Assembly: GCF_001194135.2 (NCBI RefSeq)
Contig: NC_068981.1
Coordinates: forward strand, 108,468,895 to 108,509,518
DNA: 40,624 nucleotides
Reading direction: 5' to 3'
Origin: Octopus bimaculoides
Taxonomy: Eukaryota
Position numbers and translations under genes: made by a program. The notes under the pieces are model-generated. The model was not told where the DNA came from, did not search any database, and worked only from the letters and a program-made list of their open reading frames with translations. Shown here piece after piece: positions 11,230 to 22,597 of the stretch. Numbering within the stretch: position 1 is the stretch's first letter; each line of letters opens with the position of its first letter.

Positions 11230-11760
11230 GAGAGGTATTGGTATCCAGAAGACCCAAGATGGCAGGTAAGGCTATGTAAGTGCTACGGGAGGACTATAGT
11301 TAGACTCTCGGTTCGATAATAATCCGAGTGAGGAGTCTAATGCGGATCTTGTGTTACCATGTATATGTTAAATAAAATGAGACAACGAAACCAAGGCTGT
11401 GTGGAATTTATAATATATTTATAAAGAGAAAGGTAGTCTTACAACTGTTTCTGGGATATTAGGGATATCTCTTCATCAGAGACGATATGAGAGCGTTGAC
11501 TAGAGGGAAATAGTAGAGTTCAATATAAAGAGTTATTTTGGAAAAGGGTGGATATACGAAGTATAAAGGAAAATAAGAGAATAAAAATAAAAGTAAAAGT
11601 ATATGTAGGATGTTACAGTTGCAGTTCCATTTTCCTAGGAAAGTGCTGTGTAGAATGGGTAGAAATGCTTTTTGTCCACGGTTTGTAGATTCCGATAGGA
11701 GTTCATATTCTGTTATCTCTTCTTTCTATCCCCCCCCCCCATTCTGAACAACAGAGTGGT
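11230..11760 (-). mobile_element. Second Penelope-type pLTR-like non-coding repeat
   Basis: Non-coding segment starting after a (TA)n tract and carrying a PLE-style minimal hammerhead. Boundaries approximate. Confidence 0.5.
11436..11483 (-). ncRNA. Minimal type I hammerhead ribozyme motif (variant stem II base)
   Basis: Minus strand GTCT-CTGATGA-AGAGATAT(CCCTA)ATATCCCA-GAAA-C(AGTT)G-TA-AGAC. Core intact, stem I GTCT/AGAC, near-palindromic stem III ACAGTTGT. Lacks the canonical G10.1-C11.1 pair. Confidence 0.55.
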
Positions 11761-13097
11761 AAAAGTAGAAGTAAAACCTTTATAAAACTAGAAATATTAA
11801 TATTTCTAAGTCTATTTAAAGGAGACTACGGCAGCGGTACTGGATATAAATAGTTATCGCCAAGCCAACATTGCAGTCCCCAAAAAATAGGAGGAATGCT
11901 GCCGTTGATTAGCTCCAAGAGGCCATCGCCTCTAGCTAGCTATGTGACACACGAATCTGTGTCCATTATAACCCTCGAACAGGGGAGGTCAGCCGATTCC
12001 CTTTGCTGGTCTGAAGACTGCTATTACCCAGCAGATATATCACTTTCTTATCTATTTATATAATATTTGATTTAGAATACGACATACACAATACAAACAT
12101 ACGTACACATATGAATACGAATAGAAGGAGGTAATCGTTTCATACACTCCTTCCAGTAATTGCCGAGTAAAGAACACTAGTTCAACTGTTGTGTACCGAG
12201 CTTGAATGCCAACTATACATTATTACCACATCGAGTGATTTGATTTTTTTACTTTATTGAAGACAATTACTTGAAACAGCCTACCGAGCAAACCACAAAG
12301 CTGGTAAGGATTTTATTAGAACGATTCATACTTAGTATGTCAGAAAGTTCAGTACTTTAATGCGAAAATAAATGAAGAGAATAGGATGACCTATATTAAT
12401 CTAACACTTACAGTACAAATTTTCACTAGGCTTTCGATTGACTAAAATTACATAACATAAATGCTCGTAATTTTATTAATTTCTAGAACAAAACTAAATC
12501 AAAACTACCTTTGAAAGTAATCTAGTGAAAAATTGAATTATATCAAGTGGTCGGAAGAAATTTCATAAGATCCTAGTCTAATGCCGTTCATAACTAGTAC
12601 TTTATTTTATCGAATGGAAAGCGAAGTTGATCAGTGAGCTTTGAACTGCAATGCATTTTGTTCGATGCATTAACAACTCTTAAACGTGCGTCACCTAATT
12701 AACTAAACTGTTTATAGTAACACTAATTTGTGTCATTATAAACTTAATGTACCTGAAAGGGATCAGCACAAGTCGTCTGAAACACAGGGATGAAGAGAGA
12801 AAGGGAGAGAGAACGAGAAAGGAAAAGAGAGGGAATAAGAGACAAACAGAAAGGTATGCGTATGTGTGTGTATGCGTGCCTGTGTACATGTGTGTGAGTG
12901 TGTGCGTGCGTGCGTGCGTGTGTGTGTGTATGTGTGTGAGTGTGAGAACGTGCGCGCTCGAGTATATAATTTTCATTCTCAGTGAGCATTCCTCTTTTCT
13001 AATCTGCTACACTGACCGACGACGCTCTCCCTGTTTCAGTCACTCCTTCTTTCTCACTCTCCCCTCTCTCTAAGTATCATCACTGTGTGTGTGTGAT

Positions 13098-13168
<71 letters not shown>

Positions 13169-13670
13169 GCGTGTGTGTGCGTGTGTGTGTGTGTGTATTT
13201 ATATATATGTGTATGTATTTATTATGGATGTAGACATACTCGGATTGGCGTCCGAGGGCATAGTAGGGCCATTGGGAATGTAGGACTCCTAGTTTCTGAC
13301 AAGGCATCCCCCTTAGGAGAAAGTTAACTCGTATATAAAATCCACCGCCCTACTGAGCCGAATATCTTGCACTTGGCTTGTCCTTGGTCTTCTTGATATT
13401 GCAGTCGTGGTGGTGTACGAGTCGCACTCGACTTGAAACCGTTGCACGGGCACCGCTGACACCGCGTCAGCAACGATCATGCTCGAGTAGATAGCCATAG
13501 TGTAATGTATGTATGTATGTATGTATGTATGTGTGTGTGTGTGCGTCTATGTGTGTATGCATATGAGTGTGCGTATATATATATAATACATGTGGTCTTT
13601 GATTAATACATCAACTCTAATGGCAAATACACGAGTATATGCATAGATATTTACTCACACACACACACAC

Positions 13671-13709
<39 letters not shown>

Positions 13710-14232
13710 CACACACTAACATAATGAGAGTGGTTCGCAGATGCAGTTGAGTGAATAATGCTTAGTAATAAATTATAGTTTACACCTATGCTGAACTCCC
13801 TCTTTTCTCTCTTTCTTTCTCACTCCTCTCTACTTCTTTCCTGCATCCTCTCTCTCTTTCTCTCTCTTTCTATATATAGATACGCGCGCACACACAAGCG
13901 CGCACACATCACATACATACACATACACACATACACACAAACAAATACTTCGTTCACTCATACCCTTACCTCCTCTTCTAAGCACACATCTACATAAACA
14001 CATACAAGCATACTTGCACACACGCATAAGAACAATTCTCCGACACAGAGTAGACTTTGCGGAGAGACGGAAAAATCACTGAGAAGGTCGTGAATAGCGA
14101 CGAAAGGATTTTAACTAACAGACAACCAATTGATTGTTTAACCAGAACGTAAAACAAACGCTCGATTAATTAGTTAGATATTTGAACCTATTGACTAATA
14201 ATAATAAAGAAACGATATTAAGCCAGTGCTTA

Positions 14233-14410
14233 TCTTCTTCTTCTTCTTCTTCTTCTTCTTCTTCTTCTTCTTCTTCTTCTTCTTCTTCTTCTTCTTCTTC
14301 TTCTTCTTCTTCTTCTTCTTCTTCTTCTTCTTCTTCTTCTTCTTCTTCTTCTTCTTCTTCTTCTTCTTCTTCTTCTTCTTCTTCTTCTTCTTCTTCTTCT
14401 TCTTCTTCTT
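14233..14410. repeat. (TTC)n/(GAA)n tract of about 59 units; 3' tail of LINE copy
   Basis: Pure tract directly abutting the 3' UTR end of the 14411-15504 element. Confidence 0.95.
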
Positions 14411-15502
14411 GCCTTTGCACGGATTCTATCGCTGGAGATGTACTACAGTGTCAGTTGTTCACTACCAGTGAACTGAGGTAACACCTTATTTTTCGAGCAC
14501 CTTTCGGAGTATTCGAGCGATTCCAAGCAGTGCTGTTTTCTGCAAGTGCTCCACCCTTATTGCAGCCCCTATTTTTTCCACGTACTTCTCGAGATTTTTG
14601 CTCACTGTTCCCAGGGCTCCGACAAAGCTAACCTGTCATATCTCTCGACTTTTCTTTCTTCCTTATCGCATACCTTATTGTCAGCTGGGCATGCTATATC
14701 TATGATCCAGCATAGTTTGTTTTCTTTCTCAATTAAGATTATGTTCGGCTTCCTATTCTCTATCTCATGGTCGTACTGAATCATAAGATCCCATGGGATC
14801 TTTGCATTTCTATTTTCGACGATGCCTTCAGGTTTGTGATCGTACCAATTATCTGCTCTGTTAAATCCATACTTGTTGCAAAGTGTCCAATGGACAAGCC
14901 TGGCTATATTGTCATGGCGTCTCTTATATTCCTTCTGGGCTAGTGGCGTACATTGGCTGGTAATATGCCATACGGTTTCACCGTTTTGACCACAGATTCT
15001 GCACTTATCACTTTCTGCTGTGTTGTCTTTTCTCTATTTTATGAAGTTTGTTCTTAGTGCTTGCTCTTGGGCAGCACAGATTAGAGCCTCCGTTTCCGGT
15101 TTTAAAACACTTTTAGCCATCTTTTTTCTTTATCTGTCTTATCTTCAACATCCCAATGAAATTGACCATGCATTCTTTCTTTACCCATCTATTTTCAGTT
15201 TCATTCGATTTCAATTTCTTGTCTAGTGCTTTATCTTTGCAACCTTTCATCCTACACAAGCCTGACCTTCTTACTTTTAATAATAGCGGTTCTGTGGCAT
15301 TCTTTACATACCATGCTATGTTATTTTCTTCTGCTCTAATGCTGTGTTCGCATCCAATAAGTGCTCTTCCCTCTCTTTTTCTTGGTACATACAGTCTGTC
15401 TATGTCACTTTTTGGGTGGAGTGACCCATATCTATTTAGCAACTTCCTTGTCTTTCTGATAAGCTGTTTAGTTTGTCTACTGTCCATGCGATTACCCCCG
15501 CT

Positions 15503-15504
<2 letters not shown>
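14411..15504 (-). mobile_element. R4/Dong-like RLE LINE, family A, 5'-truncated copy
   Basis: Encodes SDIDRLYVPRKREGR, CRICGQNGETVWHITSQC (CCHC) and RKPNIILIEKENKLCWIIDIACPAD (RLE). Over 90% identical by eye to 28336-29495, including the 3' UTR. Confidence 0.9.

Positions 15505-15565
<61 letters not shown>
15505..15565. repeat. (ATT)n/(TAA)n spacer between tandem LINE copies
   Basis: Directly visible. Confidence 0.95.
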
Positions 15566-15566
<1 letters not shown>

Positions 15567-17880
15567 AATAGATTAAACTGTTGGAAAAGAAAAAAATCCT
15601 ACCATCGAGCTACAAGTATCCTAGATGTCCCTAATAACACTGTTTTCTGGAACTGCACTAAACTGGGTTTTATATCTATTTCCTCTATCCATCTGTTCAG
15701 ATCTTCAAGGATAGTTCCCAATGCACATATAACTACTGGGATACATTTTACCCGCACTTTTCATAGTCTCTGTAATTCAATGGCTAGGTCTTGATACTTT
15801 GCTATTTTTTTATACCTCTCATATTGATTTTTTCATCATTTGAGACTGTAAAGTCAATTATCTAGTACTTTCTATTCCCATTTATCTACTATTACTAAAT
15901 CAGGCCTTCTACCTTTTATTACTCTGTCAGTCTGAATGTTAAAATCCCACATCTTGTATTTCTTACTTCCTAGTACTTTACTAGATTCATGTTCATATCA
16001 TTTATTAATATGTTCAAATGCTAGCTTTCTATAAAACTCCCAGTGGATTGCTCTCCTTAGGTTGTCATGTCTTTTCTTGTATTCTTTCTGTGCCAGCATG
16101 CTACATTCACTAACTATATGAGTAACACTTTCCTCTTTTGATTTGCATTACCTATATTGGGAATCTACTTGGTTTTTGTCTATCTTGGCTTTTATCCAAT
16201 TAGTCCTTTAATGCTTGTGCAACGACTAACAAACTTTCTGTCTTCCTTTTCAGCTTTCCCTTCTGCAACCATAGCCATGTCTCACTACTACTATTTGCTG
16301 CAACTATCTTTGAGAATCTACCATGCAACGCCTTCTCTTGCCAGTCAGATAATTCCTGTTCTTTTTTCTGGTTTTTAACTTCGTTTGGGTTTTTGGTTTC
16401 TCTGTGCCTTGTTGTGACTCTAGCAGCTTTTAATAAACTTTCTTCACTATTACCTGCATAGGAGTCTATATATACTCTAGTTAACTCCAGACGATCTTCT
16501 ATTGATATTAACCCTCTTCCATCTTCTTTTCTAGGTAAGTATAATCTTGTTACTCCTGCCCTTGGGTGGCGTCCTCCATTCATATTGAATCCCTTCCCAG
16601 TTCTTCTGTCTAGCTTTGCTAATTCAGTTTATGTCCAATCTACAAAAGCTGCTCAGTATCTAAGTAATGATACTGTCCAAGTATTTACAGCCTTCACTAG
16701 ATTTGGATCATTTAGCTTTGACTTCATTAGTTTCCTCACCCTTCCGATGTACTCCTTCTCAGTTTTCGTTTTTATTTCTATAGTTAGTACTGTGTCAGTT
16801 TTTAATACTACTCCAAAATACACTCCTTCTTTCAATGATTTTAATGTCTGGCCATCTGGTAATTAGATGCCTTCGCTGTTGACTATCTGTCCCTTTATCA
16901 TGAATAATATTGCACATTTATCTATGTCAAATTCCATGTCTATGTCTTTGCTGAAGAGTCACACAGTCTGTATTAAGGAATCTACCTCTTTTCATTCTTA
17001 CTAAAAAGCTTCAGCTCATCTATGTAGAGCAAATGGTTAATTTTTCCATTACCATTTCTGAACTGATACCCTGTCTTTGCCTTCCTTAATACTAAACTGA
17101 GTGGGATCAAACATAAGACAAATATTAAAAGGGACAACGATTCTCCTGATATTAACTTCTGATATTAACTTTCCCTAAAAGTGTGTCACATGAGTAGAGA
17201 CTTACTTTCCATTTCTTCATGCTAATTAATTATCGTATGTTGTCTGCTACATTGAATATACTCAGACTTTCACTTATCCATGAGTGTGGGATTATGTTAT
17301 AGTGTTTCCTATAATCTACCCATGCTATTGTTAGATTATTCTTTCTAGCTTTTACTTCATTTAGAACTGCTTTACCTATGTGTAATAGATCACGCGTTTC
17401 TCTAGCCTTCTTTCTGCAATCTTTTTGTTCTTCTGGCAGTAAATTTTGGTTGTCAAGGTGCTTGTAAATGCTTTCTGAAAGCATTCCTATTAACAGCTTC
17501 CACACTAATGGTAAGCAAGTGATTGGTCTCTAGTTGCTGGCTGTATTACCCTTGCTATTATCCTCCCTCTAGTCATCCAATCTGGTATTATTCCTCCATT
17601 AAGGCAATCCTGAAGTTGTTCCCTCAGCCTCCTAAGTAAACTAATAAATTTCTTTAGCCAGTACCCTTGAACTAAATCTGGTCCTGGGCCCTTCCAATTT
17701 GGTATTTTTCCTAAAACCTTACTTATTTCCCTAATTTCTATTTTTATATCCTTTGCTATATGCTCTAATGTGGGAGCGTCTCTCTTTGATCTGTGTAAAC
17801 CCCACCTATTTTTGTTTTTGCTTTTGGGTATTGTAACTGGTCCTTTGATATTGTCCTCCATGTCTTGGACCCTTGTGGCT
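15566..17880 (-). mobile_element. R4/Dong-like RT+RLE LINE, family B, degraded
   Basis: WKGPGPDLVQGYWLKKF, WVDYRKHYNIIPHSWI, NHLLYIDELKLF, RLYLPRKEDGRGLISIE and IPVVICALGT...QKTVLLGTSRIL, with multiple frameshifts. Confidence 0.88.
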
Positions 17881-17908
17881 AATAAAAAATTATCAACATC
17901 GCCAAAAT

Positions 17909-18231
17909 GAATAAAGGTTGTTTAAGGATGTTGAACGAAACACCCATGTTTCCAGAGGTGAATTATTCAAACTCCAAGAATTCCCGTCAACACATGGCTA
18001 TGATGCTCCCTGATTACTTTTGCTAATGATCAGAGATGCACATATCATCAGCCACTAAGAGACATGCTCAACTGGTTAAGGTCAAACAACTGACAAGCAA
18101 ATGTATGGTATTGAGCAGAATATTTGCTGTAGCCCATCTTTTATACCAAGACAAAACATTGTACATGATAACACTTCCAACAAGTTAAGATGAGAAGCCA
18201 TGAGAGCCACTACCTGGTACTGCATCAGGGC

Positions 18232-18235
<4 letters not shown>
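17909..18235 (-). mobile_element. 5' part of TAA-bounded non-coding element (copy of 26246-26564)
   Basis: The reverse complement aligns end-to-end with 26246-26564, starting at AATGCCCTGATGCAGTACCAG right after (TAA)n. Confidence 0.85.
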
Positions 18236-18286
<51 letters not shown>

Positions 18287-18288
18287 TA

Positions 18289-18477
18289 GGCAGCGTGCCG
18301 GCAGAATCGTTTGCGCGCTGGACGAAATGCTACGTTCTCAGTTCAAATTCCGCTGAGGTTGACTTTGCCTTTCATCCTTTCGGGGTTGATAAAATAAGTA
18401 CCAGTTGAACACTGGGGTCGATGTAATCGACTCATCCTCTTCCCCAAAATTGCTGCCTTTGTGGTAAAATTTGAAAC
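18289..18477 (+). mobile_element. tRNA-derived SINE (octopus-type)
   Basis: A-box-like GGCAGAATCG, B box GTTCAAATTCC (18341-18351), central GACTTTGCCTTTCATCCTTTCGGGGTTGATAAAATAAGTACCAG core and an (ATT)n tail. Confidence 0.8.
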
Positions 18478-18558
<81 letters not shown>

Positions 18559-18618
18559 CAGTTGTAGTTTTCTGGTTGTCAAATATCTTAGACAAAAATA
18601 CGTTTACTTGTAACTCAC

Positions 18619-18780
18619 CTTTCCTGAAGACTGTATGCCTTTAATCATGCACAAAAATACTATTAACCAAGCAAAGAACAGACACAATTCTAAGTGTAAC
18701 TGCATCGACCCAGATTCTTCAATGGATGAAGAGACATCTAAAGTTGATCTGTACCAAAAGTACGCAGTCGGTCCTGCTAG
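18619..18780 (-). CDS. SLC6A15-like: SLC6 transporter, exon C (EL2-TM4)
   Basis: ctttgcag|CTAGCA acceptor and GGAAAG|gtgagt donor; 162 nt, phase 0/0. Encodes LAGPTAYFWYRSTLDVSSSIEESG...AWLIVFLCMIKGIQSSGK. Confidence 0.95.
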
Positions 18781-18872
18781 CTGCAAAGAAAGATCAGTAA
18801 GATGTGTGTGAGTGTGTGTATACGCGCACGCACGCACACACACACACACACACACATAGATATAGCTATATA

Positions 18873-18915
<43 letters not shown>

Positions 18916-18919
<4 letters not shown>

Positions 18920-19016
18920 TTAAATAAGCAGAAAATGGAGAAAACTTTTGATCGACAAATTGACCAACATCGTTTGTTGATCAAAAGTTTTCTCCATTTT
19001 CTGCTTATTTAAATTT
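18916..19016. repeat. Perfect 38-bp inverted repeat (hairpin)
   Basis: 18916-18953 is the exact reverse complement of 18979-19016. The 25-nt spacer adds six more pairs (one is G-U on the plus strand). Confidence 0.95.
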
Positions 19017-19284
19017 GATTCCTGATAGACTTTTGTTTATTCTGTTGTTACCTGTACGTTATGAGCATAGTGTGCTGGCATATCTATGCCTGGGGATAAC
19101 ATAGATAAATGATACCGATAGTAAGAACGGATACTATTATCCCTTAGACGGTTATTCCTACAGCTAACTCTGCATACCTATATATATATATATATATGAA
19201 GAATAATAATAAATGGACCAAAACGCATATAATCAATAAGTTCCTTTAATTCCTACATATGTTTCAAAATATATGTGCACTCTA

Positions 19285-19355
<71 letters not shown>

Positions 19356-20202
19356 AGAATTCACAAAAGAAACAACAGACGAAGACAGGTGGTGTAGAAA
19401 ACAAATAGATGTATTAGTATAACGCTCGGATATATATATATAGACACTTAAACAAGCTTACCAAGTAATACTAAATAAATTCTAAATTTATGATGTTACT
19501 GATCATCTCTTTCAAATTATTTTCTTTATCAATATTCTTAAATTTGAAGAATATATATGACTAGCATCAAACTGAAGTGCAACTATCATGCAACATGAAA
19601 GCGTAAGGAAATGGCAAACAATATAACAATGTATTTTCTATAATTATCCATTGATTTCGTGATTTGTTGTCCGCGAGTTTTCCATTGGTCACGTGATATC
19701 TGTTGGTCACGTACCATCGCCTTATCTTTCCTCGCATTTTCTAGTAACAGAATGTCTTCTCATTTACTATTTCTACAACTTCTAGGAGAAAAGACTTATC
19801 TTTGTGACGATGCATGCTACCAAGTTTTGTTTTTTCAAGCATGGATTCTGAATATTACAGAACAAATTATTATATGATCTTTAACACAAGTACACGATCA
19901 AATTTTGTGAGAGTGGTATAGCCAATTATATAGATCCAGTACTTTGTTGCTAATTATTATAAAAACTTTAGGAGAGTGAAATGTAAAGTAAACTACCACC
20001 CTAAAATACGTTATATTAGGAATGATAAGTGATAGACATTTCAATTGAACGTCACTTTTTGAAAATATATTCCGTTAAGATTTCAGTCGTTGATCTAAGG
20101 CCATACTGAGGCACTGACTTAATATCAAACCCATCCAGTAGTTATTTCAGTTTGCTAGTTATTTTACGGACCGCTAAGATTTGGAATATAAAAGCACACT
20201 GC

Positions 20203-20268
<66 letters not shown>

Positions 20269-20944
20269 ACAACAACAAAAACAACAATAACACACGTATT
20301 CATACAATAAGATTCTATTCAGTTTTCGTCTAACTAATTCCACGAATAAGATATAGGTTAACCCGAGATCAAACTCTGAACTAAGAAGTTGCGAAGAACC
20401 TCTTAACTACAAAGGTCTGCATTCTAATAAAGTGGTAGTTGTTATTTTGCAATATTAATTAGAATAATTCCAGTTTGAAGTGGCGATTACGGAATTAAGA
20501 GATATTGTTGGTACATAATGACCTAGCTAGAATGGGATGCTTAAACCCGGCACGGTAAACAAGTAAAAAACTCGTTAATGATATGATGATACCGCAACTC
20601 AGAGCGGTGAACATACATAGAACGGAGCGGGCGGTATTATCACACTGCAGTACAAATGAAGAGTGAAAAAAAACAAAAAAAAAAAAAAAAANNNNNNNNN
20701 NAAAAAAAAAAAAAAAAAAAAAAAAAAAACATACCTTACCGCCTTAAAGCCTACCTCTATTGATTATCAATTGTGATTGCAGACTTTTAGATAAATTTAA
20801 AGTTATCTTTTTGAAAATAAGTCTCCATAAGAGAAAATTAGATGATTCGTTAAGGAGGAACAACTGATTAAAGTTGTATCAGACAAAGGAAATTCCATTA
20901 AGCTACACGTATATCAGTTACAGGTGTTTTCATATTACTCGTAA

Positions 20945-21880
20945 CCATTGAACTAAGAAAGATTTATTTATAACACTTAAATACAAAGAAACAAGAAAAA
21001 GTGACATAAAAAAGGAAAAGAAAGAAAAAAGGGAGGCGGGGGTAAAGAGCAGAAGATGGTGGTGGAGAGGCGACGAACTACATACCCCAGAACAAATGGT
21101 ATGCTTAGCCTCGCCCCGCGGTAATGACCTCGATGGCGTTGCCGAGAAGAATAGCCAGCGACACTCGCTGCAGTAGCCACTCCAGCTCGCGGGGCTCATT
21201 TTCCCAACGAGCCGCTGTTATTTTGCAGAGGAAATCGGTAGTATAGGGTCCTAGAACACCTGACATATCGATGACGACCGGCACAAACTGATAGCAGGCT
21301 TCGATTTTTTTCTCTCCTCAGCGCACTGGACGGCGACACCCGGGTTCGCAGCTGATACTGCAAAGTTGGAACCGGGGAACGTGTAGCTCCCCGCCGCATG
21401 CCAGACAGGAGATCTGCCTCCCTCAAATAGGAACAGGGTTATTCCGTCGGGGTGCTTACCATCCTCGTGGTCCAGACCACCTGGCTCAAGTTGAGAAGGG
21501 AAGACAGCTGCATCATGGCCCTTTTTGATTACGTCATTCAGAGGCGTGTCGAGGGAATTGGCCCGCATTAAGGCTGCAGGATAATGGAGACTTTCTCAAC
21601 TATCACTTTCTAGCTACATTTGTGCGGCTCACATAAGAGGAAACCGAGGTGCTAGGCCATTCTGATTCGGGTGCACTCATCATCTAGAAGGGTGTCGGTA
21701 GATGAAGAGGGCGACGCATTGAGTCATGCACCGCTATTTGGCGGCGAGGCGGAACGGTGGAAGGCAAGGCGGAGCGTTGGCAGGCGAAATGGTGCTGGTC
21801 TAGTGATATCTGTAGCCGGTCGAAGGTGGACTTGCATCCGATGTTGTCCTAGTTGCGTTGAACATCAGTATTCTGGGGGA
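20945..21880 (-). mobile_element. CRE-like RLE non-LTR retrotransposon, 3' fragment (degraded)
   Basis: Gives SGA*LNASPSSSTDTLLDDE, LCEPHKC, LNDVIKKG...SQLEPGGLDHEDGKHPDGITLFLFEGGRSPVW, AEERKKSK and EWLLQRVSLAILLGNA. Pyrimidine-rich 3' UTR with AATAAA. Confidence 0.75.
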
Positions 21881-22597
21881 TGGTAACGCTATCAGTGGCC
21901 CAATCATCTTGGGCTGACTCCAGTGTAGCGAGAAAAGTAACTTAGGCAGAGTGAAGCGATTCCCCAAGAGGAAAGTTTCCAACAAAACTTTTCCTTTTTT
22001 CCATCCACTTTCGTGAATTCTAAGTTTTTCCTGTTTATCGGAAACAACATTTAAAATTATCTGTGAGTTCACACATTAAACTAAGCTAAGTGTTTCCTCG
22101 GTGTAACTTACTGTTTCAACGGGTTAAAAGACAAGATCATATAAAACTTTTGTTGCATTGTACATTTATTAACAGAAAATATATATACAGACATGGGCTT
22201 ATACTTCTATGTATTGGATCTCAGAAACTAAATTGGCAGCTTGAAATAAGGATCGAGCCATCTGGCTCACTTCTCCCTCTTAAACTACCGGTGATTATTA
22301 TAACTCAGCTGCTTTTATCAACTGCCGAAAAGACACTCATGAACTAAATTTTATAGCAAAACTAAATATGTATGAGTCCGCACATTTATTTATTCACAAC
22401 CTACGATGTATGAGTTTTAATAATAATAGAAGATACAGAAATTGGGTTTTTAAAGTTTAGACGAAACGTCGTCACCATTTAAATTGATTTAAAAGATGAT
22501 TTCTTATATCATAACATCTGTCTAATGTAATATTAACAAATAAAGAAAAAGAAAATGAAAATAAGACATATTAAATAAAAAACAAAAACAAACTTAC

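Noticed and set aside
11789-11808. 20-bp perfect palindrome TAGAAATATTAATATTTCTA
   Set aside because: Very AT-rich, with no context suggesting function.
11985-12035. CTGAAGA followed by the hairpin CTGCT/AGCAG, hammerhead-like
   Set aside because: No GAAA after stem II and no valid stem I or III.
14166-14481. Poly-E, poly-S and poly-F ORFs
   Set aside because: Artefacts of the (TTC)n tract.
19254-19265. GAAACATATGTA (palindromic stem III plus GUA) on the minus strand
   Set aside because: Only the 3' half of a PLE-type hammerhead; the CUGANGA half is absent, replaced by sequence leading into (TA)n.
20668-20729. Long poly(A) suggesting a retrocopy tail
   Set aside because: It spans an N gap, and no parent-like ORF, poly(A) signal or TSD was found upstream.
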